Shown here piece after piece: positions 17,417-26,089 of a stretch of 32,000 nt of DNA. Location: the NCBI RefSeq assembly GCF_018336915.1, contig NZ_CP064923.1:2010001-2042000 (forward strand). The letters are read 5' to 3'. This DNA comes from Acaryochloris marina S15 (lineage in GTDB: Bacteria; Cyanobacteriota; Cyanobacteriia; Thermosynechococcales; Thermosynechococcaceae). The translations under genes and the position numbers were made by a program. The stretch's first letter is position 1, and each line of letters starts with the position of its first letter. The notes beneath the pieces are model-generated. The model was not told where the DNA came from, searched no databases, and worked only from the letters and a program-made list of their open reading frames with translations.

Positions 17417-18291
17417 TTAGGACGCTAGGTACAACACATGTTCCATTGCTTCTCTAAGTGAACCGAAGTGCTCTAATTGGTGTCTAATTCGACTTTTAAT
17501 CCAAGCCCACGACCGTTCAATCTTATTCAAATCAGGAGAATAGGGTGGCAAGTACCACACTTCACATCCTGCGGCTTCTACCAGTTGCTCAATTCGCCCT
17601 CCCTTATGGAAGGTGGCATTATCAATGACTAACTTCTGCCCCGGTTTGAGCATCGGTATCAAACAAGTCTCAAGCCAAATTTCAAATACGGTGCGATTGC
17701 AAGCCCCTTCAATCGTGAACGGGGCCATGAGCTGCTTTCCTCTCAAAGCTGCAATCATATTGACTCGTCCACTTCTGCTACCAGACTTTAAAGCATAGAC
17801 CCGCTCACCTTTGGGACCATAGCCATAGTCATACTCATCTCGATTGTCCATCCCTGACTCGTCAGCATAGACGATATCGTCTGGGTCTACTGTTGTTAAC
17901 TTTTGGACGAACTCAGCCCGTTTGTGCTCATCGCGTTGGCGGTAGCCATAGGTCTTTTTTTTCGAGTAAATCCAATATTCTTCAGCGCTCTTGAAATAGT
18001 ACGCTCACTGATTTGCCCCTCCCACAACTCGGCCATCTGAGCTTGGGTTTTATAGCGATGTTCTTGAGCAAAAGCTCGAAACTTGTCCCAGTCTGTGATT
18101 TTGTGGCTATGGCCAAGGTGTTGTCTAGGGATGGGATGAAGATCACCTGTTTCTGCTTTGAGACGTTGCCATAGATTAATGGTGTTACGACTGATATGAA
18201 AGGTGTCACTCGCTTCTGAGGGAGGCATGCCATCAAGTTCAATAGCATCGATCACTTTGCAACGTAAATCGTAGCTGTAGATCAGGGGCAT
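17417..18291 (-). CDS. IS630-family DDE transposase expressed via -1 frameshift (orfA 17896-18291, orfB frame to 17417)
   Basis: N-terminal HTH ORF (…ISRNTINLWQRLKAETG…ISERTISRALKNIGFTRKK). The downstream frame is open from the A-run and reads KTYGYRQRDEHKRAEFVQKLTTVDPDDIVYADESGMDNRDEY… It carries DDE contexts YADESG, LVIDNATFHK, LPPYSPDLNKIERSW. Confidence 0.75.
17955..17962 (-). other. Slippery A8(G) run: putative programmed -1 ribosomal frameshift site of the IS630 transposase
   Basis: The minus strand reads ACT CGA AAA AAA AGA in frame 0. Slipping back one nucleotide gives AAG ACC TAT GGC ..., which joins the HTH and DDE frames without a stop. Confidence 0.6.
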
Positions 18292-18364
18292 CCATTGAAA
18301 GATATAACAGTATCTCTAGTTTATTATGTCCTGAATAAAATGGCGCTTGCTATAGTTCCAGGAA

Positions 18365-19786
18365 TCACTCCAATTGACGACGCTTGATCAAAATATAGCC
18401 AGTCCCTAGCCAAAATAAGAGTAGTCCTGTAGTTAATAATAGGATTGCCACCAGGCCAAAACGAGCAATCAGAGCAGGAGCCGCAGCCGTAAAGAGTCCC
18501 CCTCCGACAATAGGTTCAAAAAATAATTGTTTGTAGGCAAACCCTTCAAAGGCACCAGAGCGATTGTCACGATCCACCATGCGCAGTAACAGAATCCCCG
18601 TTGCGGTAACGCCCATCGATTGACCCAAATCTCCAATACCTCGTTCAAACCAATGATCAGGAAAAATCTTAGGGGCGTAGTAAAGGAAAAAGACGATATT
18701 CCAAGTAATACCGACTAGGCTGAGAATCACAAAAACCCCTAAATTACTGCCAAGAACCTGCAATGAGATAGAGACTAAAGCAGTGGCGACCACAACGTCT
18801 AAAGCCAAGCCCGCAATACTCTTCATTAAAGGCTTAATAATCAGTGGACTCAAGTTTAATCGGTTCAAAATCATCTGAACTAAAATCCCCCCAATTAAAG
18901 CCATGGGAAACAAGGGGACATAGATCATGACTTCAACACCGGATCGGCCCCAAGTTGCAGCTTCTAGCCATGTCAATCCATTCAGAATTAGCCAGCCGAA
19001 GACAATGGCTATGCCCACAATGCCAAAGTTGATCGAAAGCGGATCAATCAATAATCCTTGCATCAGTTTGGCTCGACGCTTTCTGATTTCAGGTGTTTCT
19101 GTGGCAGATAGTTCTGGAATATCCTCAACATCCCCAACTCGCCTAGTGACAGATTGAATATGCTCTTGCCGACGTCCCCAACCCGCTAAAGCAGTTCCCG
19201 AAATAATGCCCGAAACAATTCCTACGGTCGCTAACCCCAAGGCCAAGTCACCTCCGTCCTGAAATCCTAGTGTCCCTAGAGTTTTAGCCATTCCACCAGC
19301 AGTGCCATGTCCCCCTTCAAAACCAATCTCGATCAATGCTCCAGAGATAGGATGGGCACCAAATACGGGCTTAAGTACCAATAGTGTGACTAGAAGCCCG
19401 ACAACGTATTGTCCCCAAGCGAGACTCTGACCAAAAACAACTTGCGGGGCAGCTTTGCGCCAAATTTCCTTGAGGCTAGGTATCTGTTCTCCCAAAAAGA
19501 GGGCAGCAAACACGATATTAATGAATAGGCCAGGAGACTGGGACCAAACGGCACGGATCGGTTCTGAGAAAATTCCATCCGCAAAGAAAGCGCCTTTTCC
19601 CAGAATCATCTGAACTAGTGCACCTAATATTTGCGGGCCTAATAGCAACCCTAAGAATCCAGCCACAATCGATTCCGGTAGGTGCAGTTGCTGGAGCCAA
19701 CGAATCTTCTGTTTAAGGTATCGACCTGCTAGTAATAGCAATGATAAAATCACGAATGCAAAAAATACGTCTTTTAGACTAAACAT
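18365..19786 (-). CDS. gltS: Na+/glutamate symporter, GltS (ESS) family
   Basis: 473 aa, polytopic. The N-terminus ILSLLLLAGRYLKQKIRWLQQLHLPESIVAGFLG parallels E. coli GltS LLLGRKL...IPEPVAGG. Conserved loops IEIGFEGGHGTAGG and GQSMGVTATGILLLR. Confidence 0.78.
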   Translation of the reverse strand: MFSLKDVFFAFVILSLLLLAGRYLKQKIRWLQQLHLPESIVAGFLGLLLGPQILGALVQMILGKGAFFADGIFSEPIRAVWSQSPGLFINIVFAALFLGEQIPSLKEIWRKAAPQVVFGQSLAWGQYVVGLLVTLLVLKPVFGAHPISGALIEIGFEGGHGTAGGMAKTLGTLGFQDGGDLALGLATVGIVSGIISGTALAGWGRRQEHIQSVTRRVGDVEDIPELSATETPEIRKRRAKLMQGLLIDPLSINFGIVGIAIVFGWLILNGLTWLEAATWGRSGVEVMIYVPLFPMALIGGILVQMILNRLNLSPLIIKPLMKSIAGLALDVVVATALVSISLQVLGSNLGVFVILSLVGITWNIVFFLYYAPKIFPDHWFERGIGDLGQSMGVTATGILLLRMVDRDNRSGAFEGFAYKQLFFEPIVGGGLFTAAAPALIARFGLVAILLLTTGLLLFWLGTGYILIKRRQLE

Positions 19787-20097
19787 GGCGTCTCTACTAG
19801 CGAATGAGTTGGGTGCTCAGAAGTTTTAAGAAGTGGCAGTCTATTTTTTAGAACTTATTGTTTGGGGCAGCTATAACTGGTGCTGTGCTTCAGAGGTCCC
19901 ATTAGCATCGCGATAAGCAAATTATTTGAGACTAAAAGATTTCCACCTTTATAGAATCTTGCATATCTTCTATGACGAAGTACGAGTCTCGTAACGTCAA
20001 TCGTTTCCTAAATTGGCCTCTCTCTATCGGGAAAGAACATCAAGATTACTTCGAGATTGCTTGATACTTTTCCATCGGTTTGTTTTGACTTTAAGGT

Positions 20098-22695
20098 TCA
20101 ACATGGTTGGTCGATGGGCACAAACTCTATCTCGAGACTGTTGGAGTTGCACTGCATGGGTTGAATTAAGACTTGAGGAGGATTCTTACGATTACCATTC
20201 GGCTCGAATTCAATATTGCCTGTTGCTCCCCAGGTTTTAAAGTTTGGGGCTGCTAGCGTCGATTGGGTGCCTTGACGGCTAGGCGCTTTTTGTGAACGTA
20301 ATGCTTGAATTAAGACCCGAGTCGCATCATAGGCCAATGCCGTTTGGGCTTGGACTTGCTGACCCCATAGGCTGTCTGCATGGTTCGAAAAGTCTGGGTT
20401 TGGACTTGCGTCGTGGTGCCAAGGGACAGAGACAGCTAAGGATTGTGGCAGCGACTGGGGGAGAACAGATAGCGTCTTTGGATTGTCTAATCCCCATGAA
20501 CCAACAATAGGATGTTGACCTGAATTTTCTTCAATCAGTTTGAATGCATTGTCTTGAGCTAAAGATACCTCACCATCTGGGACGATCAGTAGCGGGATGT
20601 CATTTGGATCTCCATACTGCTTTAGAGCAGCAATGGCTCCAACTGGGTCAAATTCGGAAGAGGCTAAATCTGAGAGTGGATCATTTTGTACAACAGGACT
20701 AATCACTTTCCCCCCTGCCTGTTCATAGATCTCCTTGAAATCATCCCAGAATGAATGAGTAAAAGGACTTTCAGGATTATAAAAAACCTTCACGGTGCGT
20801 TTGTTGATCACCTTGAGAAGATAATTGGCTACGGATCTTGCTTCCACGGAGGTGGTAGGAACAGTTCGAAAAAAATAACCATCCCCCTTGATTGCCAGCT
20901 CCTTGGCTGTTGAACCCGGTGAAATGATGGGTAATTGATGTTGTTTATAGATATCAAGGGTAGGTTTAGACATGTCACTGGCATAGTGACCCACAACTCC
21001 TAAAACTTCTGAAGTTTTTGATAACTTTATTGCTCGGTCTTTAGCATTTTTAATCTTATTGAAGTCATCTGCAATCACAACCTTCAGGCCGATCTTGTTG
21101 CCAATAGGATTGGGGGTGAGAAACGGAATATCCAACTGAGTGGATAGATCTGAAATATTCAAGTTCGCTTCTGTCTGGGCTTGAGCGACTCCCCTAAGCA
21201 GACGATAGGCCAATTTATGGCTAGTCAGTTTTTGGATGTTGGCATCATGCAAGAACGGAACACTTATCGCAATAGTGCGGTATTCAGCGTTCATGTTATC
21301 GAGAATGGCGTTATTGAGATAAATGAGCGTTTCAGGATCATTGCCATCATCTTGCCAGGACTCCAGCAGATTCTGGATACCTTGCGGATAGTTTTTTTGG
21401 GCTATGGCATCAGCAGCATTTCTCTTGTGACCCGGACGAAGACCTAAAACCTCCTCACCCATACTCGTAAAGTCACCGAGTTGTGGGGATGTATCTGTCC
21501 AGACATTGGTTGCCCAGATACTGACCACCATGGCACTAAGACTTAACGCTAAGAGAATCCAATATTTCAATCGGAAACCTAGAAACGAAAATCTTTGTTT
21601 GTTAGGAAGAGATGGCGTCGGCCAAGTGAGGGTTTCCACCCCAGGTTGTTGAAAAATGATGGGCAGCCAAGTCGCGTAGGGAAACTGGTCTTGAATTGAC
21701 TCTAGATCGTGGCGTGCGGAGAGCACCGCATTGTGCACTGAATTGCCTTGGGAAAAATACTGAACGAAGGAGGCTAGAAACTTGTGAGCGACTTGATCGG
21801 GTACAGGCTCTCGCATATAAACAATATAGGGAATGCTGAGACCCGAAAGATGGTGGGCTAGTCCTAAGCCATCACAAGAGTTGAGGATACACACTTGCAA
21901 TCCTCGATGGGCTGCGATGCTGAGGTGATGATGGAGGTCCTTCAGCGTTAAGCTATCGGTTTCATTGATTGAAATCACGCCCTGGTGATCTTCTGTACGA
22001 CTATGTCCAGCAAAAAATAGAAGGTCCCAACCTTTCTCATCCTTCAATGCCCTAGCGACCTGATCTCGACTTGGCTGTTTGAGGAATGTTAGGTCAATAT
22101 CAGGGATGCCCATAAGAATATCTTGCTCATGATCAAGGTCAATATTGTGATCACTTCCAAGAATCGCTAATACTCGAACAGGGATTTCCAGAGCCTTGAG
22201 CTGGGCCTGCCGATATTCTAGAGGGCCTAACGAAATTGGAATTTGAGGATTGCGCTGCACATGGTCCCAGAGCTGCCAAGGTAAACGTTGTAGTTCAGTA
22301 TCATCGGTGCGAATCAGCAGGCGTAAGTCTTTCGATGAGCCATAAAGTTCAGCGAGTTGACGGGTGATTCGCTGAAAGTCGGCTGAATCATGGTTTAACC
22401 ATTGATTCATGAGTTCTTCAAGCTGCTGGGCAGTCTGAACGCACTGTTTTTTAGCGTTTCGCAATTGAGACAGGTGCTGGTCTGACTCCGCCACAAACTC
22501 CAATCGTGTTGCTGAGCCCAAATCTAAATAGTGTTTTTGCCAGTCTGTATAGAGGGCTGCTAGATCTGTTTTAGGGGGGAGTGTTCCTTGCAAAGTGCCT
22601 TCAATGTGGAGGCTATTCTCCTGTCTCCATTCAAGGGTGGCTTGTATTCCCTGAGATAACTGACCTTGGAGTCTCAATATCACAACCCGCATCAT
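20098..22695 (-). CDS. Transmembrane CHAT (caspase-like) protease fused to an extracytoplasmic type-I (LivK/Peripla_BP_6-like) solute-binding domain
   Basis: 865 aa. aa ~120-350 form a CHAT-like domain with dyad contexts LLFFAGHSR (H231, codon 22003-22005) and VCILNSCDGLG (C274, codon 21874-21876). Single TM helix YWILLALSLSAMVVSIWATNVW (aa ~378-399, 21499-21564). aa ~405-865: helical linker (…NDPETLIYLNNA…), then a solute-binding fold (IAISVP…LRGVAQAQ…VVIADDFN…VLGVVGHYASD…PIISPGST…YFFRTVP…TALAYDATRVL…GATGNIEFEPNGNR). Confidence 0.8.
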   Translation of the reverse strand: MMRVVILRLQGQLSQGIQATLEWRQENSLHIEGTLQGTLPPKTDLAALYTDWQKHYLDLGSATRLEFVAESDQHLSQLRNAKKQCVQTAQQLEELMNQWLNHDSADFQRITRQLAELYGSSKDLRLLIRTDDTELQRLPWQLWDHVQRNPQIPISLGPLEYRQAQLKALEIPVRVLAILGSDHNIDLDHEQDILMGIPDIDLTFLKQPSRDQVARALKDEKGWDLLFFAGHSRTEDHQGVISINETDSLTLKDLHHHLSIAAHRGLQVCILNSCDGLGLAHHLSGLSIPYIVYMREPVPDQVAHKFLASFVQYFSQGNSVHNAVLSARHDLESIQDQFPYATWLPIIFQQPGVETLTWPTPSLPNKQRFSFLGFRLKYWILLALSLSAMVVSIWATNVWTDTSPQLGDFTSMGEEVLGLRPGHKRNAADAIAQKNYPQGIQNLLESWQDDGNDPETLIYLNNAILDNMNAEYRTIAISVPFLHDANIQKLTSHKLAYRLLRGVAQAQTEANLNISDLSTQLDIPFLTPNPIGNKIGLKVVIADDFNKIKNAKDRAIKLSKTSEVLGVVGHYASDMSKPTLDIYKQHQLPIISPGSTAKELAIKGDGYFFRTVPTTSVEARSVANYLLKVINKRTVKVFYNPESPFTHSFWDDFKEIYEQAGGKVISPVVQNDPLSDLASSEFDPVGAIAALKQYGDPNDIPLLIVPDGEVSLAQDNAFKLIEENSGQHPIVGSWGLDNPKTLSVLPQSLPQSLAVSVPWHHDASPNPDFSNHADSLWGQQVQAQTALAYDATRVLIQALRSQKAPSRQGTQSTLAAPNFKTWGATGNIEFEPNGNRKNPPQVLIQPMQCNSNSLEIEFVPIDQPC

Positions 22696-22732
22696 TTCAC
22701 CTACACTTTCGTAATGACATCAGTCCCCTTAT

Positions 22733-23698
22733 TCAGATCACAAAATTCTCGGTATGCTTTGCGCTGCCATAGATGAGGTCTACTGAAAAATGTTCGCAAG
22801 GGGCAGCAAGAAAGGGACGAGTCACTAGATCACCTTCGTGGCTGGAGAGGGAAAGCTGTTGGAAGGTTTGTCCATCTTCATCAATAACTGCTAACTGAAG
22901 TGTATCTGGTAATTCTTGCTCAACTACAGGTTCAACCATGATTTCGATTTGGAATTTGCCTTCTTGTTTGGGGGCCAGATACATCACCAGTTCTAAATCA
23001 AGGTCTTGTACTTGCACGATTTTGGAGACGAATACAGGGGCTTCACTATGACTCTTAAGAGGTTCTGGCACATCATCACTTTCAAAACGCATATAGGCTA
23101 AATTCAAATTCTGAGATAACTGCCAATCTGAACAAGTATTTCTAAGCGGTTCTGACAGTGCAGCAAGCTGTTGTCTTTGCTCCTGAGCCCAACTCCATAT
23201 TGTTTGGAGAACAGTCGTTTTGCAGTCAAATAGGAATTGGGGTAATTCGTCAATGGGCTGAATTTGGTGGAGATCAATTTCTCCATCGGAGGAGACAGGT
23301 TGAGAGTTAAAGCCTAAAATTTGAGCTTGCTGATAGTGCTCTTCAAGTCGAACAACGACATAGGCTAGGCGGTCATCTTGAGCATCAATCGGTACTTGAA
23401 CGCTAGTGTCCCCAGCCAGTACTGGGCAGCATTCCAACTTGCCATAGCCCTGAACCATTAGATCTGCACTCTCTAGGAATTGGGAGAGAATGGAGTCATT
23501 ACTATCACTTGCCTCAGGCTTAATTTTAAAAGCCATGCATCGCAGGTAAAAATCGACCGCGTAGAGCGCCAATCTTTTCCGAAATTCTTGCTGATTGTGA
23601 TCCGCATCAAATTTTGGATGGATATGGCTTTGTGCTTTTGCCCAGACTTTAGATGTCAAGGGTACTGGAAAGCCAAAGGAGGGAATTGCAGAGGTCAT
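22733..23698 (-). CDS. DUF1822-like protein (candidate anti-sigma/adaptor)
   Basis: 321-aa acidic soluble protein. The N-terminal segment …EFRKRLALYAVDFYLRCMAF… resembles the conserved N-terminal helix of the cyanobacterial DUF1822 family, which I recall sitting next to CHAT and sigma-like genes. Recollection only, not verified. Confidence 0.5.
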   Translation of the reverse strand: MTSAIPSFGFPVPLTSKVWAKAQSHIHPKFDADHNQQEFRKRLALYAVDFYLRCMAFKIKPEASDSNDSILSQFLESADLMVQGYGKLECCPVLAGDTSVQVPIDAQDDRLAYVVVRLEEHYQQAQILGFNSQPVSSDGEIDLHQIQPIDELPQFLFDCKTTVLQTIWSWAQEQRQQLAALSEPLRNTCSDWQLSQNLNLAYMRFESDDVPEPLKSHSEAPVFVSKIVQVQDLDLELVMYLAPKQEGKFQIEIMVEPVVEQELPDTLQLAVIDEDGQTFQQLSLSSHEGDLVTRPFLAAPCEHFSVDLIYGSAKHTENFVI

Positions 23699-23743
23699 AG
23701 GATGCCGAGACAGTAAATTACAATTTGAGCAGGATAAGTCGCT

Positions 23744-24568
23744 CTAAAGATATCGTTTGAAATAAGGCAATAATTTTCTTAAGGTTCGTTGAAAAAAACT
23801 GGATAAGGTTCTAAATGAGATTTCCGTTTGAGCCGATAAATCTGTCCAGGTTTCTCCTTGGATATGGCGAGAAATAGCTAGGAATTGGAATGTGATATCA
23901 GGATGATTTCTCACCCAGTAGGCAGCAAGTTTTTGCTCTGGATCGGTCTCTAGAAACAACCTGAGATTGTAATAATCCGTTGTTTCAAAATCTTCAATGT
24001 CAACTTTAGAGTCTAATTTTTCTAGCACGAAGGGGTCATAGAAACAGGTGCGTCGAAATTTTTGTTCATTGAGAACATCCAAAAATTTATATTTAAAATT
24101 GCTATTTACCCAAGCCAATATAGGTTTCTCGGGTCGATAGAGTTCAGGGTTATTACAGATATACATCCATGCTTTCTGCTTAGCTTCGTTGTAGAGGTCT
24201 GTAAACATGGAGGTTGGATAGCTGTGAGCATACTTCCTTAAGCGAGTGAGTCGCCCTGACTGCTCAATGATGATAATAAGTCTTGTCAGCCTTTGCTGTC
24301 TGCTGACCGATTCTGATGGATGGCTACGAGCCTCCAATATTAGTTCTAGTAACTGCCGCTCCAGTGAATCCTCATGAGTTCGCCCCGTTAACTGCGCGAG
24401 TTGGGCTAATGCTTGCTGTTGGGGGATCGATCCCGGTAAATGGCTGCGAGCTTGCAAAAGTAATGCTAATAATTGTTGATCCATTGGGATAGAGATATTC
24501 AGACTTTGATGGGAGGCTTCTTGCACACGAAATCTGGGCAATGGTTGGGGGCTAGATTTCGTGTGCAT
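23744..24568 (-). CDS. Divergent sigma-70 family (ECF-like) RNA polymerase sigma factor
   Basis: 274 aa. Region-2-like TDLYNEAKQKAWMYICNNPELYRPEKPILAWVNSNFKYKFLDVLNE. Region-4-like HTH GETWTDLSAQTEISFRTLSSFFQRTLRKLLPYF. The N-terminal helical extension is internally duplicated. Confidence 0.6.
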   Translation of the reverse strand: MHTKSSPQPLPRFRVQEASHQSLNISIPMDQQLLALLLQARSHLPGSIPQQQALAQLAQLTGRTHEDSLERQLLELILEARSHPSESVSRQQRLTRLIIIIEQSGRLTRLRKYAHSYPTSMFTDLYNEAKQKAWMYICNNPELYRPEKPILAWVNSNFKYKFLDVLNEQKFRRTCFYDPFVLEKLDSKVDIEDFETTDYYNLRLFLETDPEQKLAAYWVRNHPDITFQFLAISRHIQGETWTDLSAQTEISFRTLSSFFQRTLRKLLPYFKRYL

Positions 24569-24920
24569 AGGGTCGCGTCCTGCAATTAAGAATATGTATT
24601 AGAGGCCTATGTCAGCCATCGCTGTAAGTTATTAGCTCTCATAAACTAGAACTTCTGCATTTTTTACAAAAGTTCATTAATTGTGTAGAGCAGAAAAAAT
24701 TAAATTCATGCATCAGAAATTATGAACATACCGTACCTGTGCTGTTTTAAGAAATGCACTTTGTACTTAAAGCTGTTTCTAAGTCTCCTGGAAATATGGC
24801 TTATGTTCTGAGTTCATATCGAGGAGTCCAAAGAAAAGAATTTGCAGAAAAATATCTCATATTCCATATCTATATGCAGAAGTGAAAATTCTTTTCAACT
24901 CGATTGATACTGTAAGCATC

Positions 24921-26048
24921 ATGTTCAATAAAAAGTGGACTTCATGTATTCGAAACCAAAATCTAAACCGGCGGCATCTTCTGGCTGGTGCGGCATCGTT
25001 GACCTTAGTAACGGCCTGTGGAAAACCAGCTTCTTCTCCAAAGGTGATTCCCAATCCGAGCATTACATGGCGGATGATCACCAGTTGGCCCCAGTCATTG
25101 GATGTTATTTTTGGAACCTTGCAGACCTTTACCCAGCAGATCAGCAAGATGACCGATGGTCGATTTACGATCGATCTATTTGCGGCGGATGAAGTGGTCC
25201 CGGCTCTTAAGGTGATGGATGCGGTCAGTGATGGCTCAGTTGAATGTGGCCATACGGCTTCCTATTACTATTTGGGAAAACAACTCGCTTTGGCCTTTGG
25301 CACCACGATGCCTTTTGGCCTGACTGCTCAGCAGCAGAATGCTTGGCTCTATCACCATGGAGGATTGGAGGCCATTCAGGCTCTTTATGCAGACTTCAAT
25401 CTGATTAACTTTCCAGCGGGCAATACGGGAGGGCAGATGGGGGGCTGGTTCAAACGCAAGATTAACTCGACTGCTGATCTCCAAGGATTGAAAATGCGTA
25501 TTCCTGGTTTAGGTGGGGAAATTATGAGTCGTCTTGGCGTTAATGTCCAAGTGATTCCAGGTAGCGAGATTTTCTTAGCTCTGCAGCAGGGGGCAATTGA
25601 TGCGGCAGATTGGATTGGCCCGTATGACGATACCAAGTTGGGATTAAACAAGGCTGCTAAATATTACTATTCACCTGGGTGGTGGGAACCTGGTGCGACT
25701 CTTGATGCTCTGGTCAATCGCTCAGCCTGGGACAAACTGCCTCCAGACTACCAGCAAATTTTTAAGACAGCCGCCTACGAAGCTAATCTCAGCATGTTGT
25801 CTCAATATACGGTTCTCAACCAAAAAGCTGTTTCCCAGTTGCAAAAGGACGGCACTCAAGTCTTGACCTATGGCAATGATATTTTGCAGGCGGCTCGCAG
25901 AGAGACATTTGAGCTGTACCAGGAAAAAGCAGAACGGGATCAGACATTTAGAAAAATTTATGAACCTTGGAAACGGTTTTGCGATCGCGCCACACAATGG
26001 CATCAACTCAACGAATTGAAATTTAGCCAGTTTGTCGCTAGCCCCTAG
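24921..26048 (+). CDS. dctP: TRAP transporter substrate-binding protein, DctP family (Tat-type lipoprotein signal)
   Basis: The track starts at GTG 24882; ATG at 24921 gives MFNKKWTSCIRNQNLNRRHLLAGAASLTLVTAC (twin-Arg plus lipobox). The mature part (ITWRMITSWPQSLD…, GHTASYYYLGK, GGQMGGWFKRKI, WIGPYDD, YYYSPGWWEPG) matches the DctP subfamily often annotated as the mannitol/chloroaromatic type. Confidence 0.85.
   Translation: MFNKKWTSCIRNQNLNRRHLLAGAASLTLVTACGKPASSPKVIPNPSITWRMITSWPQSLDVIFGTLQTFTQQISKMTDGRFTIDLFAADEVVPALKVMDAVSDGSVECGHTASYYYLGKQLALAFGTTMPFGLTAQQQNAWLYHHGGLEAIQALYADFNLINFPAGNTGGQMGGWFKRKINSTADLQGLKMRIPGLGGEIMSRLGVNVQVIPGSEIFLALQQGAIDAADWIGPYDDTKLGLNKAAKYYYSPGWWEPGATLDALVNRSAWDKLPPDYQQIFKTAAYEANLSMLSQYTVLNQKAVSQLQKDGTQVLTYGNDILQAARRETFELYQEKAERDQTFRKIYEPWKRFCDRATQWHQLNELKFSQFVASP
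25981..25988. repeat. HIP1 palindrome GCGATCGC
   Basis: Exact 8-mer read in sequence. Confidence 0.95.
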
Positions 26049-26089
26049 CCACATTGGGACTTAGAAGCTAAGGGTCTTACCGCAGCTAA

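Larger units (their letters stand above)
17397..18354 (-). mobile_element. IS630-family insertion sequence (~0.95 kb) with imperfect terminal inverted repeats and TA flanks
   Basis: Ends TATAGCAGTCGCCACTCTAATTAGGAC (17397-17423) and the reverse complement of 18328-18354, TATAGCAAGCGCCATTTTATTCAGGAC, match at 21 of 27 positions. The outermost TA on each side fits the TA target duplication of IS630/Tc1-mariner elements. The element encloses a two-frame DDE transposase. Confidence 0.8.

Noticed and set aside
20013-20510. Plus-strand ORFs 20013-20240 and 20292-20510 at the 3' end of the CHAT gene
   Set aside because: They are antisense to the solute-binding domain coding region, whose reading frame is supported by family motifs. 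No independent evidence.
24857-25192. ORF 24857-25147(-), ORF 24935-25192(+), and the GTG 24882 start of dctP
   Set aside because: The ATG at 24921 yields a textbook twin-arginine/lipobox signal peptide for DctP. The other ORFs are overlapping shadows.
13628-25980. Treating the HIP1-free 12.3 kb as proof of horizontal acquisition of the CHAT/sigma operon
   Set aside because: The same gap contains clearly core-type genes (7TM-HD, bcp, gltS). The statistical support is weak (about 3.5 expected versus 0). It is reported only as a caveat-laden observation.
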